Below, piece after piece: positions 1 to 7,262 of a DNA stretch of 27,966 nucleotides. Both the position numbers and the translations under genes were made by a program. The notes below the pieces were generated by a model. That model searched no databases. It was given only the letters and a program-made list of their open reading frames with translations, and was not told the DNA's origin. Source of the DNA: a virus. Lineage: Duplodnaviria > Caudoviricetes. The stretch is taken from positions 1 through 27,966 of the IMG/VR virus record IMGVR_UViG_3300049137_000036. One strand, written 5' to 3'. The first letter of the stretch is position 1. Each line of letters opens with the position of its first letter.

Positions 1-1
1 C

Positions 2-337
2 CTCGCCGAGGTGCTGCCCCTCCAGCCCACCCTCACGCCGGCCTTGACTCCGATCGCCGAAGTCCTTCACCGCGCACTCGGCGTCCTCAACGAGCGCGGC
101 TGGACCCGCGGCAGCCTCCGCGACGAGCAGGGCGCCGTGTGTATCGTCGGCGCCATCCGGGCAGCCGCCGGCACCCGCGGACAAGCAGACGACGCGTGCG
201 CCATCGTCCTTGACGCCATCCAGCGCCAGTTCGTCGCCGACACCGTGCCGTCGTGGAACGACCAGCAGAGCAGCGCTGGACCCGTGCTTCGCATCCTCGG
301 CGTGGCCGCCGACCTGGCCAAAGATCGAGGGATGTAA
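2..337 (+). CDS. Hypothetical protein, DUF6197-like (probably 5'-truncated by the window edge)
   Basis: Frame is open from base 2. The motifs GWTRGSLRDEQGAVCIVGAIRAAAG and SWNDQ resemble a Streptomyces mobile-element family as I recall it. Confidence 0.6.
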   Translation, partial: LAEVLPLQPTLTPALTPIAEVLHRALGVLNERGWTRGSLRDEQGAVCIVGAIRAAAGTRGQADDACAIVLDAIQRQFVADTVPSWNDQQSSAGPVLRILGVAADLAKDRGM

Positions 338-342
338 CCGCC

Positions 343-525
343 CTACCTGCGGCCCTCGCCCGATACGGCGGGGGCTGTCGGCGTCGCGCGGGCAAGCCAC
401 CGGTCCGTGCCCGGCGACCGCACCGGCGAGAGCAGCGGCCGCAGCCCAAGCGCCGCACACAAAGCCGCCAACTGCCGCTCGCACTCATCCCGAGACGCAG
501 CCTGCACAGAGAACACCGTCGGCAT
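343..525 (-). CDS. Small hypothetical protein (60 aa, MPTVFSVQAASRDECERQLAALC...)
   Basis: ATG at 525 with no SD; GACACT lies 7 nt upstream, so possibly leaderless. Plausible protein composition; converges on the upstream gene. Confidence 0.55.
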   Translation of the reverse strand: MPTVFSVQAASRDECERQLAALCAALGLRPLLSPVRSPGTDRWLARATPTAPAVSGEGRR

Positions 526-566
526 AGGGGCAAGTGTCCCCGCGCGCGTGGACCTGCGAGACCCAC

Positions 567-595
567 TTGTCAAGATTCAGAACAGTCTGTAATCT
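567..595 (+). promoter_or_regulatory. Sigma70/HrdB-like promoter (candidate late promoter)
   Basis: TTGTCA (567-572), 17 nt spacer, TAATCT (590-595) in an AT-rich intergenic patch. Confidence 0.55.
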
Positions 596-634
596 CCGGA
601 ATTGAAGATGGAACATCCATCGCACAAGCCTCTG

Positions 635-660
635 AACCCCCGCCACCGCGCGGGGGTTTC
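635..660 (+). terminator. Intrinsic terminator/attenuator-like hairpin
   Basis: AACCCCCGC (635-643) pairs with GCGGGGGTT (650-658); followed by TCTGCGTT. Confidence 0.55.
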
Positions 661-677
661 TGCGTTCCGGGGGTGGC

Positions 678-956
678 ATGAAACCGCTGCGCATCGTCAA
701 CCCCATACCGCGAGAGACCTACCTCAAGGACATTGGCACCCTCGACGAAGCAGCACGGATCGCCGGAGTGAAGCCCGGAACTATCCGAGTCTGGGAATCC
801 CGCGGCAAACTCACTCGCCTCCGCATCGCGGGCGGCGAGCCGCTCTACCACCTCCCGACCGTGAACCTCATAGCGGCCGACGGCCGGAAGAACACGCCAA
901 GCGACCCGGCGAAGAACAGCCGTCGACCACACCGGCACCGGCCCAAGGCCGCCTGA
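678..956 (+). CDS. Helix-turn-helix DNA-binding protein (MerR/excisionase-like HTH)
   Basis: TLDEAARIAGVKPGTIRVWESRGKL fits the HTH pattern; G-rich RBS upstream. Confidence 0.7.
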   Translation: MKPLRIVNPIPRETYLKDIGTLDEAARIAGVKPGTIRVWESRGKLTRLRIAGGEPLYHLPTVNLIAADGRKNTPSDPAKNSRRPHRHRPKAA

Positions 957-958
957 TC

Positions 959-997
959 GTCCCGCCGCTGATCGGGCCCCCGCCGCGGCGGCGGGAC
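959..997 (+). terminator. GC-rich hairpin after the HTH gene
   Basis: GTCCCGCCGC (959-968) pairs with GCGGCGGGAC (988-997); followed by TTC. Confidence 0.5.
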
Positions 998-1088
998 TTC
1001 GGGCATGTCACGGAACCGTCATTCCGCTTCTGCCGAACCCTGCGATACGTGATGATGACAACTTCATCAGCCCGATCCTGGGGGGATC

Positions 1089-1469
1089 ATGTTCGGCAGC
1101 AAGAAGACTGACGAAGAGAAGGCCGCAGCAGCACGCCAGCGCCGGATCACCGGAGCAGCCGCATCCGCCGGCCTCACCGTCATGGGTGGCAAGTTCCGTG
1201 CACCCAACCAGGAGCCCGTTCCTGTCGAGGGTGCGCGCATCACCATTGAGCGCGGAGAAGAAGCAGGAAAGCGTGTCACCGCTAGCCGCGTACTCCTCAC
1301 AGGCGTATTCGCCCTTCTCATCAAGAAGGACATGAACCAGCTGTTCATCACCATCGAGAACGGCGACCAGGTGATGATGTGCCCCGTGCCCGCCAAGAAA
1401 GAGGGCGCCGCGCGCATCCTCGCCACCATGGTCAATGGTGAAGCCACCGGGGTGGACACCCCCCAATAG
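1089..1469 (+). CDS. Hypothetical moron-like protein with a short hydrophobic segment
   Basis: GGGGGA RBS and good codon usage; contains KRVTASRVLLTGVFALLIKK; flanked by hairpins. Confidence 0.7.
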   Translation: MFGSKKTDEEKAAAARQRRITGAAASAGLTVMGGKFRAPNQEPVPVEGARITIERGEEAGKRVTASRVLLTGVFALLIKKDMNQLFITIENGDQVMMCPVPAKKEGAARILATMVNGEATGVDTPQ

Positions 1470-1479
1470 CGAGAGCCCC

Positions 1480-1511
1480 CACCCTGGCCGTCATTCCGGA
1501 GGGCCAGGGTG
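1480..1511 (+). terminator. Hairpin after the moron-like gene
   Basis: CACCCTGGCC (1480-1489) pairs with GGCCAGGGTG (1502-1511). Confidence 0.5.
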
Positions 1512-1542
1512 AGCCCCGCCTCATAATCCAGGGGGTGCGCCC

Positions 1543-1923
1543 ATGCCCACCGCGCCACCCTCACGATGCGGACGCGTCGGCTGCACGAACCTCGCCACCA
1601 AGCGAGGGCGATGCGACGACTGTCAGCCTCAGCCCTGGGCCAACAGGCCGCGCAAGCAGGACCGGTACGGCATGAGCTCAGGCTCCATGCGCGCACTCAA
1701 GCGACGTGTCGCAGCGCGCGACAACCACTGCTGCTATGTCTGCGGACGCGAGCAGCAAGAGGACGAGACGTTTGACCTCGAGCACATCGAGCCCATTCAC
1801 AGGGGCGGTTCGACGGACTCGATGGACAACCTCGGGCTCATCTGTGCCGAAGACCATGAGATCAAGTCCAAGGCTGAGGCTGCTGAAGCGAATCGACAGA
1901 GATCCCGCCGGAAAGACTCCTGA
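1543..1923 (+). CDS. Terminase-associated HNH endonuclease (HK97 gp74-like)
   Basis: RDNHCCYVCG...LEHIEPIHRGGSTDSMDNLGLICAEDHEIKS motif; lies directly upstream of the small terminase. Confidence 0.88.
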   Translation: MPTAPPSRCGRVGCTNLATKRGRCDDCQPQPWANRPRKQDRYGMSSGSMRALKRRVAARDNHCCYVCGREQQEDETFDLEHIEPIHRGGSTDSMDNLGLICAEDHEIKSKAEAAEANRQRSRRKDS

Positions 1924-2044
1924 TCTTCTCGAATCCTTCTGATCTTTCAGGGGGAAGGGGAGTCTAAATCCCTGGAAGATTTCCCAGGGGGCCCGCCGCG
2001 GTCAGTGAAGAAGACGCCTGCACAGAATCCGGGATAGGGGGTCT
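1924..2044. other. Putative cos/packaging initiation region
   Basis: Non-coding gap between the HNH and small terminase genes, the usual cos position in HK97-like phages. Contains GGGGGAAGGGGAGTCTAAATCCCTGG and an imperfect inverted repeat CCCTGGAA/TTCCCAGGG (1970-1989). Confidence 0.5.
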
Positions 2045-2050
2045 GTGATC

Positions 2051-2506
2051 ATGGGTCGTACCGCGCAGCCCGCCGCCCTGAAGTTGATCAAGGGTCGTGG
2101 TGACGGCAAGGACACCGCCGGCCGCCCGGTCAACCAGGGCCCGGCGTTCAAGAGGCTTCCCCCGAACCCTCCGTCGTGGTTGTCGCGTGAGGCGGCGGCC
2201 GAGTGGAAGCGGGTCGTGCCTGGCTTGTCCCGTCTGGACCTGCTGAAGCCGGAAGACCGTGCTGGCTTGGCAGCGTACTGCGAAGCGTGGGCAACGTTCG
2301 TGCAGGCGACGCGGACTGTGCAGGACGAGGGCCAGGTCATTGAGGCTCGGCAGGGGAAGCTGGCTCACCCGTGTGTGGGCATAGCGCGGAACGCCGGCAG
2401 GGAGATGCGGAGCTGGGCGGCGCACTTCGGTCTGACGCCGTCGACGGAGCAGGCCCTGGCAAGGGGGGCCGACGATGGCGACGAGGAAGACAACCCGTTC
2501 GGTTGA
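2051..2506 (+). CDS. terS: Terminase small subunit, P27 family
   Basis: PPSWLSREAAAEWKRV...LAAYCEAWATF...HPCVGIA...HFGLTPS pattern. Alternative GTG start at 2045. Confidence 0.9.
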   Translation: MGRTAQPAALKLIKGRGDGKDTAGRPVNQGPAFKRLPPNPPSWLSREAAAEWKRVVPGLSRLDLLKPEDRAGLAAYCEAWATFVQATRTVQDEGQVIEARQGKLAHPCVGIARNAGREMRSWAAHFGLTPSTEQALARGADDGDEEDNPFG

Positions 2507-4214
2507 GATTCCGGACGCGGTGGAGCTGGAGCGGCTGAAGCTGTCGCCGGAGGTTGCCTGGTATCTGGCATCGCGCGGCATTCCGCTGCCGGACTGTCCG
2601 CCGCTCGTTCAGACGCCGTCGCCGGGCGAGGCGCCGGGTGCGGTGTTCGATGCGGAGCGCGTCGACAAGGTCATCAAGTCGTTCTCGCTGCTGCGGCACA
2701 CGCAAGGCCAGTGGGCGGGGCAGCCGCTGAAGCCGGATCCGTGGCAGGTGGCGTACATCCTGGCGCCGGTGTTCGGCTGGGTCCGCTGGGATGACGATGC
2801 GGACGCCTATGTGCGGATCGTGCGCGAGCTGTACGTGGACGTGCCGAGGAAGAACGGCAAGAGCACCCTGGCTGGCGGCATCGCGATCTACATGACGTGC
2901 GCGGATGGCGAGCAGGGTGCCCAGTGCATCACCGCGGCGACGACGAAGGAGCAGGCGGGGTTCGTTTTCGAGCCGGTGAAGAAGCTGGCGGAGGCGGCGC
3001 CGGCGCTGAAGCGGCATGTGAAGCCGCTGAAGGGTGTGATTCTGCACCCGAAGTCGGGCTCGTACTTCAAGCCGATTTCGTCGGTGGCGGGCGCGCAGCA
3101 CGGTGCGAACATCCACAACGCAATCATCGACGAGCTGCACGAGCACAAGACGCCCGAGCTGGTGGAGACGATCGAGACGGGCACCGGTTCACGCCGGCAG
3201 TCGCTGGTGGTCATCACCACGACCGCGGACGCTGGCAAGCGGGAGTCGGTGTATGACCGGAAGCGGCAGCGCGTTGAGAAGCTGGCCCGTCGGGTGTTCG
3301 TGGCGCACAGCGTGTACGGCGTGGTGTGGGCGGCGGAGCGGGACGATGATCCGCACGTTGAGGCGACGTGGCGGAAGGCCAATCCCGGCTATGGGGTGTC
3401 GCCGACGCGTTCGTACCTGCAGGCCCGTTCTGATGAGGCGAAGCAGTCTCCGGCGGACTTGGCTAAGTTTCTGCGCCTGCACCTGGGGCGACGGACTAAG
3501 CAGGAGACGAAGTTCCTCACTCTGGAGTCCTGGCATCGCAATGCCGGAATGGTGGATGAGGCGAAGCTGGCCGGCCGGGAGGCTTACGGCGGGCTGGACT
3601 TGGCGGCCACGTCTGACCTGCTGGCACTGTGCTGGCTGTTCCCGGACGACGAGCTGGGCGGCTTTGATGCGATCTGGCGTCTGTGGACGCCGGAGGACAA
3701 CGTGGATGCGCTGGATCAGCGCACGGCGGGCGCCGCATCGGTGTGGGTCCGGGAGGGCCTGCTGGTGGCCACGCCGGGGAACGTCGCTGACTACGACTAC
3801 ATCCAGCTGCAGATCGAGCGGGACCTGGACGCGTTCGACGTCCGGTCGATTGGCTTCGACCCGTGGTCTTCGGTGCCGCTGACGAACAAGTTGGCCGAGT
3901 CCGAGGCGCCGATGGTGAAGGTGCGGCAGGGCTTCATCACCATGTCGCCGCCCCTGAAGGAGCTACAGCGGCTGCTTCTGAAGGGCACGCCGGAGCAGCC
4001 TCAGCTTCGGCACGGTGGCAATCCCGCAGTGACGTGGATGGTCGACAACCTGGCTGTGGCCATGGACCCGGCCGGAAACGTGAAGCCGGACAAGGCCCGC
4101 AGCGCGGAGAAGATCGACGCCGTGTCGGCTCTGGTGACTGCCTTGTCCGAAGCGATGACCCGCGAGGCGCCGGTGAAGAGCGCATACGAGGACGGCGACC
4201 TGATGGTCCTGTGA
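2475..4214 (+). CDS. terL: Terminase large subunit
   Basis: Walker A VPRKNGKST, Walker B IIDELHEH, ITTTA coupling motif, nuclease motifs GGLDLA and KIDAVSA. Confidence 0.97.
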   Translation: MATRKTTRSVEIPDAVELERLKLSPEVAWYLASRGIPLPDCPPLVQTPSPGEAPGAVFDAERVDKVIKSFSLLRHTQGQWAGQPLKPDPWQVAYILAPVFGWVRWDDDADAYVRIVRELYVDVPRKNGKSTLAGGIAIYMTCADGEQGAQCITAATTKEQAGFVFEPVKKLAEAAPALKRHVKPLKGVILHPKSGSYFKPISSVAGAQHGANIHNAIIDELHEHKTPELVETIETGTGSRRQSLVVITTTADAGKRESVYDRKRQRVEKLARRVFVAHSVYGVVWAAERDDDPHVEATWRKANPGYGVSPTRSYLQARSDEAKQSPADLAKFLRLHLGRRTKQETKFLTLESWHRNAGMVDEAKLAGREAYGGLDLAATSDLLALCWLFPDDELGGFDAIWRLWTPEDNVDALDQRTAGAASVWVREGLLVATPGNVADYDYIQLQIERDLDAFDVRSIGFDPWSSVPLTNKLAESEAPMVKVRQGFITMSPPLKELQRLLLKGTPEQPQLRHGGNPAVTWMVDNLAVAMDPAGNVKPDKARSAEKIDAVSALVTALSEAMTREAPVKSAYEDGDLMVL

Positions 4215-4227
4215 CAGGAGGTCTGCC

Positions 4228-4449
4228 GTGTGGGGTTGGTTCCCTTGGCGTCGAACCGCGGTTCGTAAGCGCGTGGTCGTGAATCTGGAAGACAAGGCGT
4301 TCGCCGGGGCCCTGTGGGCGAAGCGGGGCCCGCTGCTGGTGCTGCGGGACGTGACGTTGATGCAGCACGGCGCTGCAGATACGCCGATGGACGGCGAGGT
4401 CGTCATCGAGCGGTCGAGGGTTGAGTTCATCCAGGTGGCGGGAGGCTGA
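4228..4449 (+). CDS. Small hypothetical protein with a predicted Sm/LSm-like fold
   Basis: AGGAGG RBS; KRVVVNLEDKAFAGAL...LLVLRDV...GEVVIERSRVEFIQV. The gene call is solid; the fold is inferred. Confidence 0.75.
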   Translation: MWGWFPWRRTAVRKRVVVNLEDKAFAGALWAKRGPLLVLRDVTLMQHGAADTPMDGEVVIERSRVEFIQVAGG

Positions 4450-4450
4450 C

Positions 4451-6412
4451 GTGGCGTTCGTCGTCTCCCAGGGGCAGCTGTCGGCGGTGTCGGTGTCTCC
4501 GTCGCTGGTGTCACCGGCCTACATCCAGCTCGCCGACAATGTGTTCCACGAGTACGGGCATCTGTACCGCAAGCAGGCGCAGATCCGCACGGTGGTCAGC
4601 TTCCTGGCGAGGAACATCGCCCAGCTAGGGCTGCACACCTACCGGCGGGTGTCGGATACGGACCGGGAGCGGCTGACGGATCATCCGCTGCCGCGGATTC
4701 TGGCGGCGCCGGGCGCGAGGCTGTCCCGGTACCGGCTGATTGAGCGCCTGGTGTCGGACATCGGGATCTACGACAAGGCGTTCTGGGTCAAGGTCCGCAT
4801 GGAGTCGGGCGAGCTGCTGGGTGTGATCCCGGTGCCGCCGTCGCGGATGGAGATCCGCGGCGACAACTGGCTGGAGCCTGAGCAGTTCGTGGTCCATGGC
4901 TCGAAGGGTGACCTGAAGCTCGACCCGGATCAGGTGGTGTACTTCCACGGCTACGATCCGGACGATCTGCGCGAGGGGTCGTCGCCGATCGAGGCCCTGC
5001 GGAGCATGCTGCAGGAGGAGTACGAGGCGACGCGGTCGCGGGAGCAGATGTGGCGCAATGGCGGCCGGCTTTCCGGTGTGCTGAAGCGGCCGTCGGACGC
5101 ACCGCCGTGGGCGCCTGAGGCGCGGGCCAGGTTCGGTGAGTCGTGGCGCTCGTACACGTCAGGCGGCGGGTCTGCCGGTGGCACGCCGATCCTCGAGGAC
5201 GGCATGGAGTACGAGCAGATCGCCCTCGATCCGGCGAAGGCCCAGTACATCGAGGCCCGCAAGCTCACCAGGGAAGAGGTCGCGGCGGCGTACCACATTC
5301 CGCTGCCGATGGTCGGGATCCTCGACAACGCGACGTTCTCCAACATCAAGGAGCAGCACCAGCATCTCTACCAGGACACGCTCGGCCCGTGGCTGCAGAT
5401 GATCCAGGAGGAGATCGCTCTTCAGCTGATCCCCGACCTGCCGGACTCGGGCGACGTGTATGTCGAGTTCAACCTGCAGGAGAAGCTCCGCGGGTCGTTC
5501 GAGGAGCAGGCCGCGCAACTGCAGACCGCGGTCGGTGCTCCGTGGCTGCTGAGGAACGAAGCCCGGGCGCGGATGAACCTTCCGGCGATCGACGGCGGGA
5601 ACGAACTGATCACTCCGATGAACGTGCTGGTCGGAGGTATGGCGTCGCCCACGGACACGGCACCGAGTCCGGCGCAGGCTTCGCTCCCAAAAGAGCGGGG
5701 CCGCCTGGTGCTGATGAAGGCGGCGCCGGAGCGGCCTGACGGCTTGGGTGACTTCGACGAGGAGCAGGAGCGGTTCGCCGCGGCGCTCGAGCGGTGGACG
5801 AAGCGCCAGTTCGGCCGTCTGGTGGATCGTGCTGGTGCGAAGGCGGACGGCGTCCCGGATCTGCTGTCGTGGTGGAGCGAAGGCTCTGAGGAGCGGCTTG
5901 TCGAACTGACGTCGCTGCTTGCCGAGCATGGCTACCGCATCGCGCAGCTGGGGGCGTGGGGTGTCCTGGCCGACTTCAATCCGGAGGCGGCCGGCTGGGA
6001 TCCGGAAGTGATGCTGCCGTGGCTGCTGGCCGCAGCGGAGTCACACGCCGACCAGCACGAGTCGGCCGGCCACGACGCTGTCGCCGCTGTGGACGACAGC
6101 GGAGACGGCTGGCAGGAGAACCTCAGGCACGCGGGCGAGCTGTGGGTGACAGCGGCAGCGGTACGCGCCCTGACGGCGTCCACGGAGGCCCGCAGCTTCG
6201 GCTCGCATGACGCGGCCGGCGCCTCCGGGGTGACGAAGAAGATCTGGCGGACCGGCGGGAACAGCCCGCGGCCGTCTCACCGAGCGCAGGATGGCGAATC
6301 CGTCTCGATGGATGACGTGTTCAGCAACGGCCTCCGGTGGCCCGGGGACGGCAAGGGCGAGGCCAAGGAAACCGCGAACTGCAAGTGCCGTCTCGACTAC
6401 GCAACGGAGTGA
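4451..6412 (+). CDS. HK97-family portal protein fused to a MuF/minor-head-like C-terminal domain
   Basis: GGAGG RBS then GTG at 4451. Portal motifs GSSPIEAL, ILEDGMEY, EEVAAAYHIP, NEARARMNLP. C-terminal KIWRTGG..RPSHRAQDG..LRWPGD..ANCKCRL is MuF-like. Confidence 0.9.
   Translation: MAFVVSQGQLSAVSVSPSLVSPAYIQLADNVFHEYGHLYRKQAQIRTVVSFLARNIAQLGLHTYRRVSDTDRERLTDHPLPRILAAPGARLSRYRLIERLVSDIGIYDKAFWVKVRMESGELLGVIPVPPSRMEIRGDNWLEPEQFVVHGSKGDLKLDPDQVVYFHGYDPDDLREGSSPIEALRSMLQEEYEATRSREQMWRNGGRLSGVLKRPSDAPPWAPEARARFGESWRSYTSGGGSAGGTPILEDGMEYEQIALDPAKAQYIEARKLTREEVAAAYHIPLPMVGILDNATFSNIKEQHQHLYQDTLGPWLQMIQEEIALQLIPDLPDSGDVYVEFNLQEKLRGSFEEQAAQLQTAVGAPWLLRNEARARMNLPAIDGGNELITPMNVLVGGMASPTDTAPSPAQASLPKERGRLVLMKAAPERPDGLGDFDEEQERFAAALERWTKRQFGRLVDRAGAKADGVPDLLSWWSEGSEERLVELTSLLAEHGYRIAQLGAWGVLADFNPEAAGWDPEVMLPWLLAAAESHADQHESAGHDAVAAVDDSGDGWQENLRHAGELWVTAAAVRALTASTEARSFGSHDAAGASGVTKKIWRTGGNSPRPSHRAQDGESVSMDDVFSNGLRWPGDGKGEAKETANCKCRLDYATE
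5686..5724 (+). other. Candidate -1 ribosomal frameshift signal in the portal gene
   Basis: In-frame C_CCA_AAA heptamer (5686-5692), 7 nt spacer, stem GCCGCCT/AGGCGGC (5700-5706/5718-5724). Confidence 0.55.
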
Positions 6413-6414
6413 CG

Positions 6415-7254
6415 ATGCGAATCAAGAGCTGCCCCGTGCGCATCAAGGCGGCGGGCGAGAACGAGGGGACCGAGGAAGGTGTGTTCGAGGCGATCGTCGC
6501 CGCGTACAACCTGGACTCGGTCGGGGACAAGATCACGCCGGGGGCTTTCGCGGAAACCCTCGCCACATGGAAGGCGACGGGCGATCCGATTCCGGTCCTG
6601 TGGTCGCACATGTCGCACGACCCGGAGTACCACATCGGGGAGGTGCTGGAGGCGGAGGAACGCCCGGAGGGCCTGTGGGTGAAGGCCCGCATCGACCTCG
6701 ACGAGGGCTCCAAGGCTGCCCGCGTGTACAAGCTGCTGAAGGGTCGGCGGGTCACCCAGTTCTCCTTCGCCTACGACGTCGAGGAGGGCGCGTGGGTCGA
6801 CGAGAAGGACGGCGAGGGCTACTACGAGCTGCGCAAGCTCAAGCTCTACGAGGTCGGCCCCACGTTGATCGGCGCGAACCAGGCGACGGAACTGCTGGAC
6901 GTGAAGTCCGCCGACGGCGCTACCATGCGCATCGCGGTCGAAGGCGCTTCCGCCGCGCAGACTGAAGAACTTCGCCACGCCCTCTCGGGGGCCATGGCGG
7001 CGAAGGCTGGGCGGACACTCAGCCAGAAGAACGAGGAGCGCGTCAAGGAGATCGCGCGACTCGCCAAGGAGCTGCTGGACTCCCTGTCTTCCAGCGCTGA
7101 TGACGATGAGAAGGCCACGCCGACTCCGCCCGAGCAATCCTCGCCGCAGCTCCCTGCGGCGAAGGAGGCTCCGGCCGGTCCGAGCCCCGCCTCGCTCCGT
7201 CAGCTCGCCGACCTGCAGGCCCTCGAGGCCGAGGTCTCCACGCTCACGGGATGA
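6415..7254 (+). CDS. HK97-family prohead protease
   Basis: DSVGDKITPGAF, PVLWSH, GLWVKA, FSFAY and LYEVGPTLIGAN motifs; GGAG RBS. Confidence 0.92.
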   Translation: MRIKSCPVRIKAAGENEGTEEGVFEAIVAAYNLDSVGDKITPGAFAETLATWKATGDPIPVLWSHMSHDPEYHIGEVLEAEERPEGLWVKARIDLDEGSKAARVYKLLKGRRVTQFSFAYDVEEGAWVDEKDGEGYYELRKLKLYEVGPTLIGANQATELLDVKSADGATMRIAVEGASAAQTEELRHALSGAMAAKAGRTLSQKNEERVKEIARLAKELLDSLSSSADDDEKATPTPPEQSSPQLPAAKEAPAGPSPASLRQLADLQALEAEVSTLTG

Positions 7255-7262
7255 GGAACCCC

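Noticed and set aside
4421-4450. Upstream TTG start of the portal ORF; likewise extended starts at 6337, 11213, 17179, 19462, 25805, 26232 and 27853
   Set aside because: They overlap neighbouring genes or intergenic signals. Downstream starts have better RBS, coupling or leaderless signatures.
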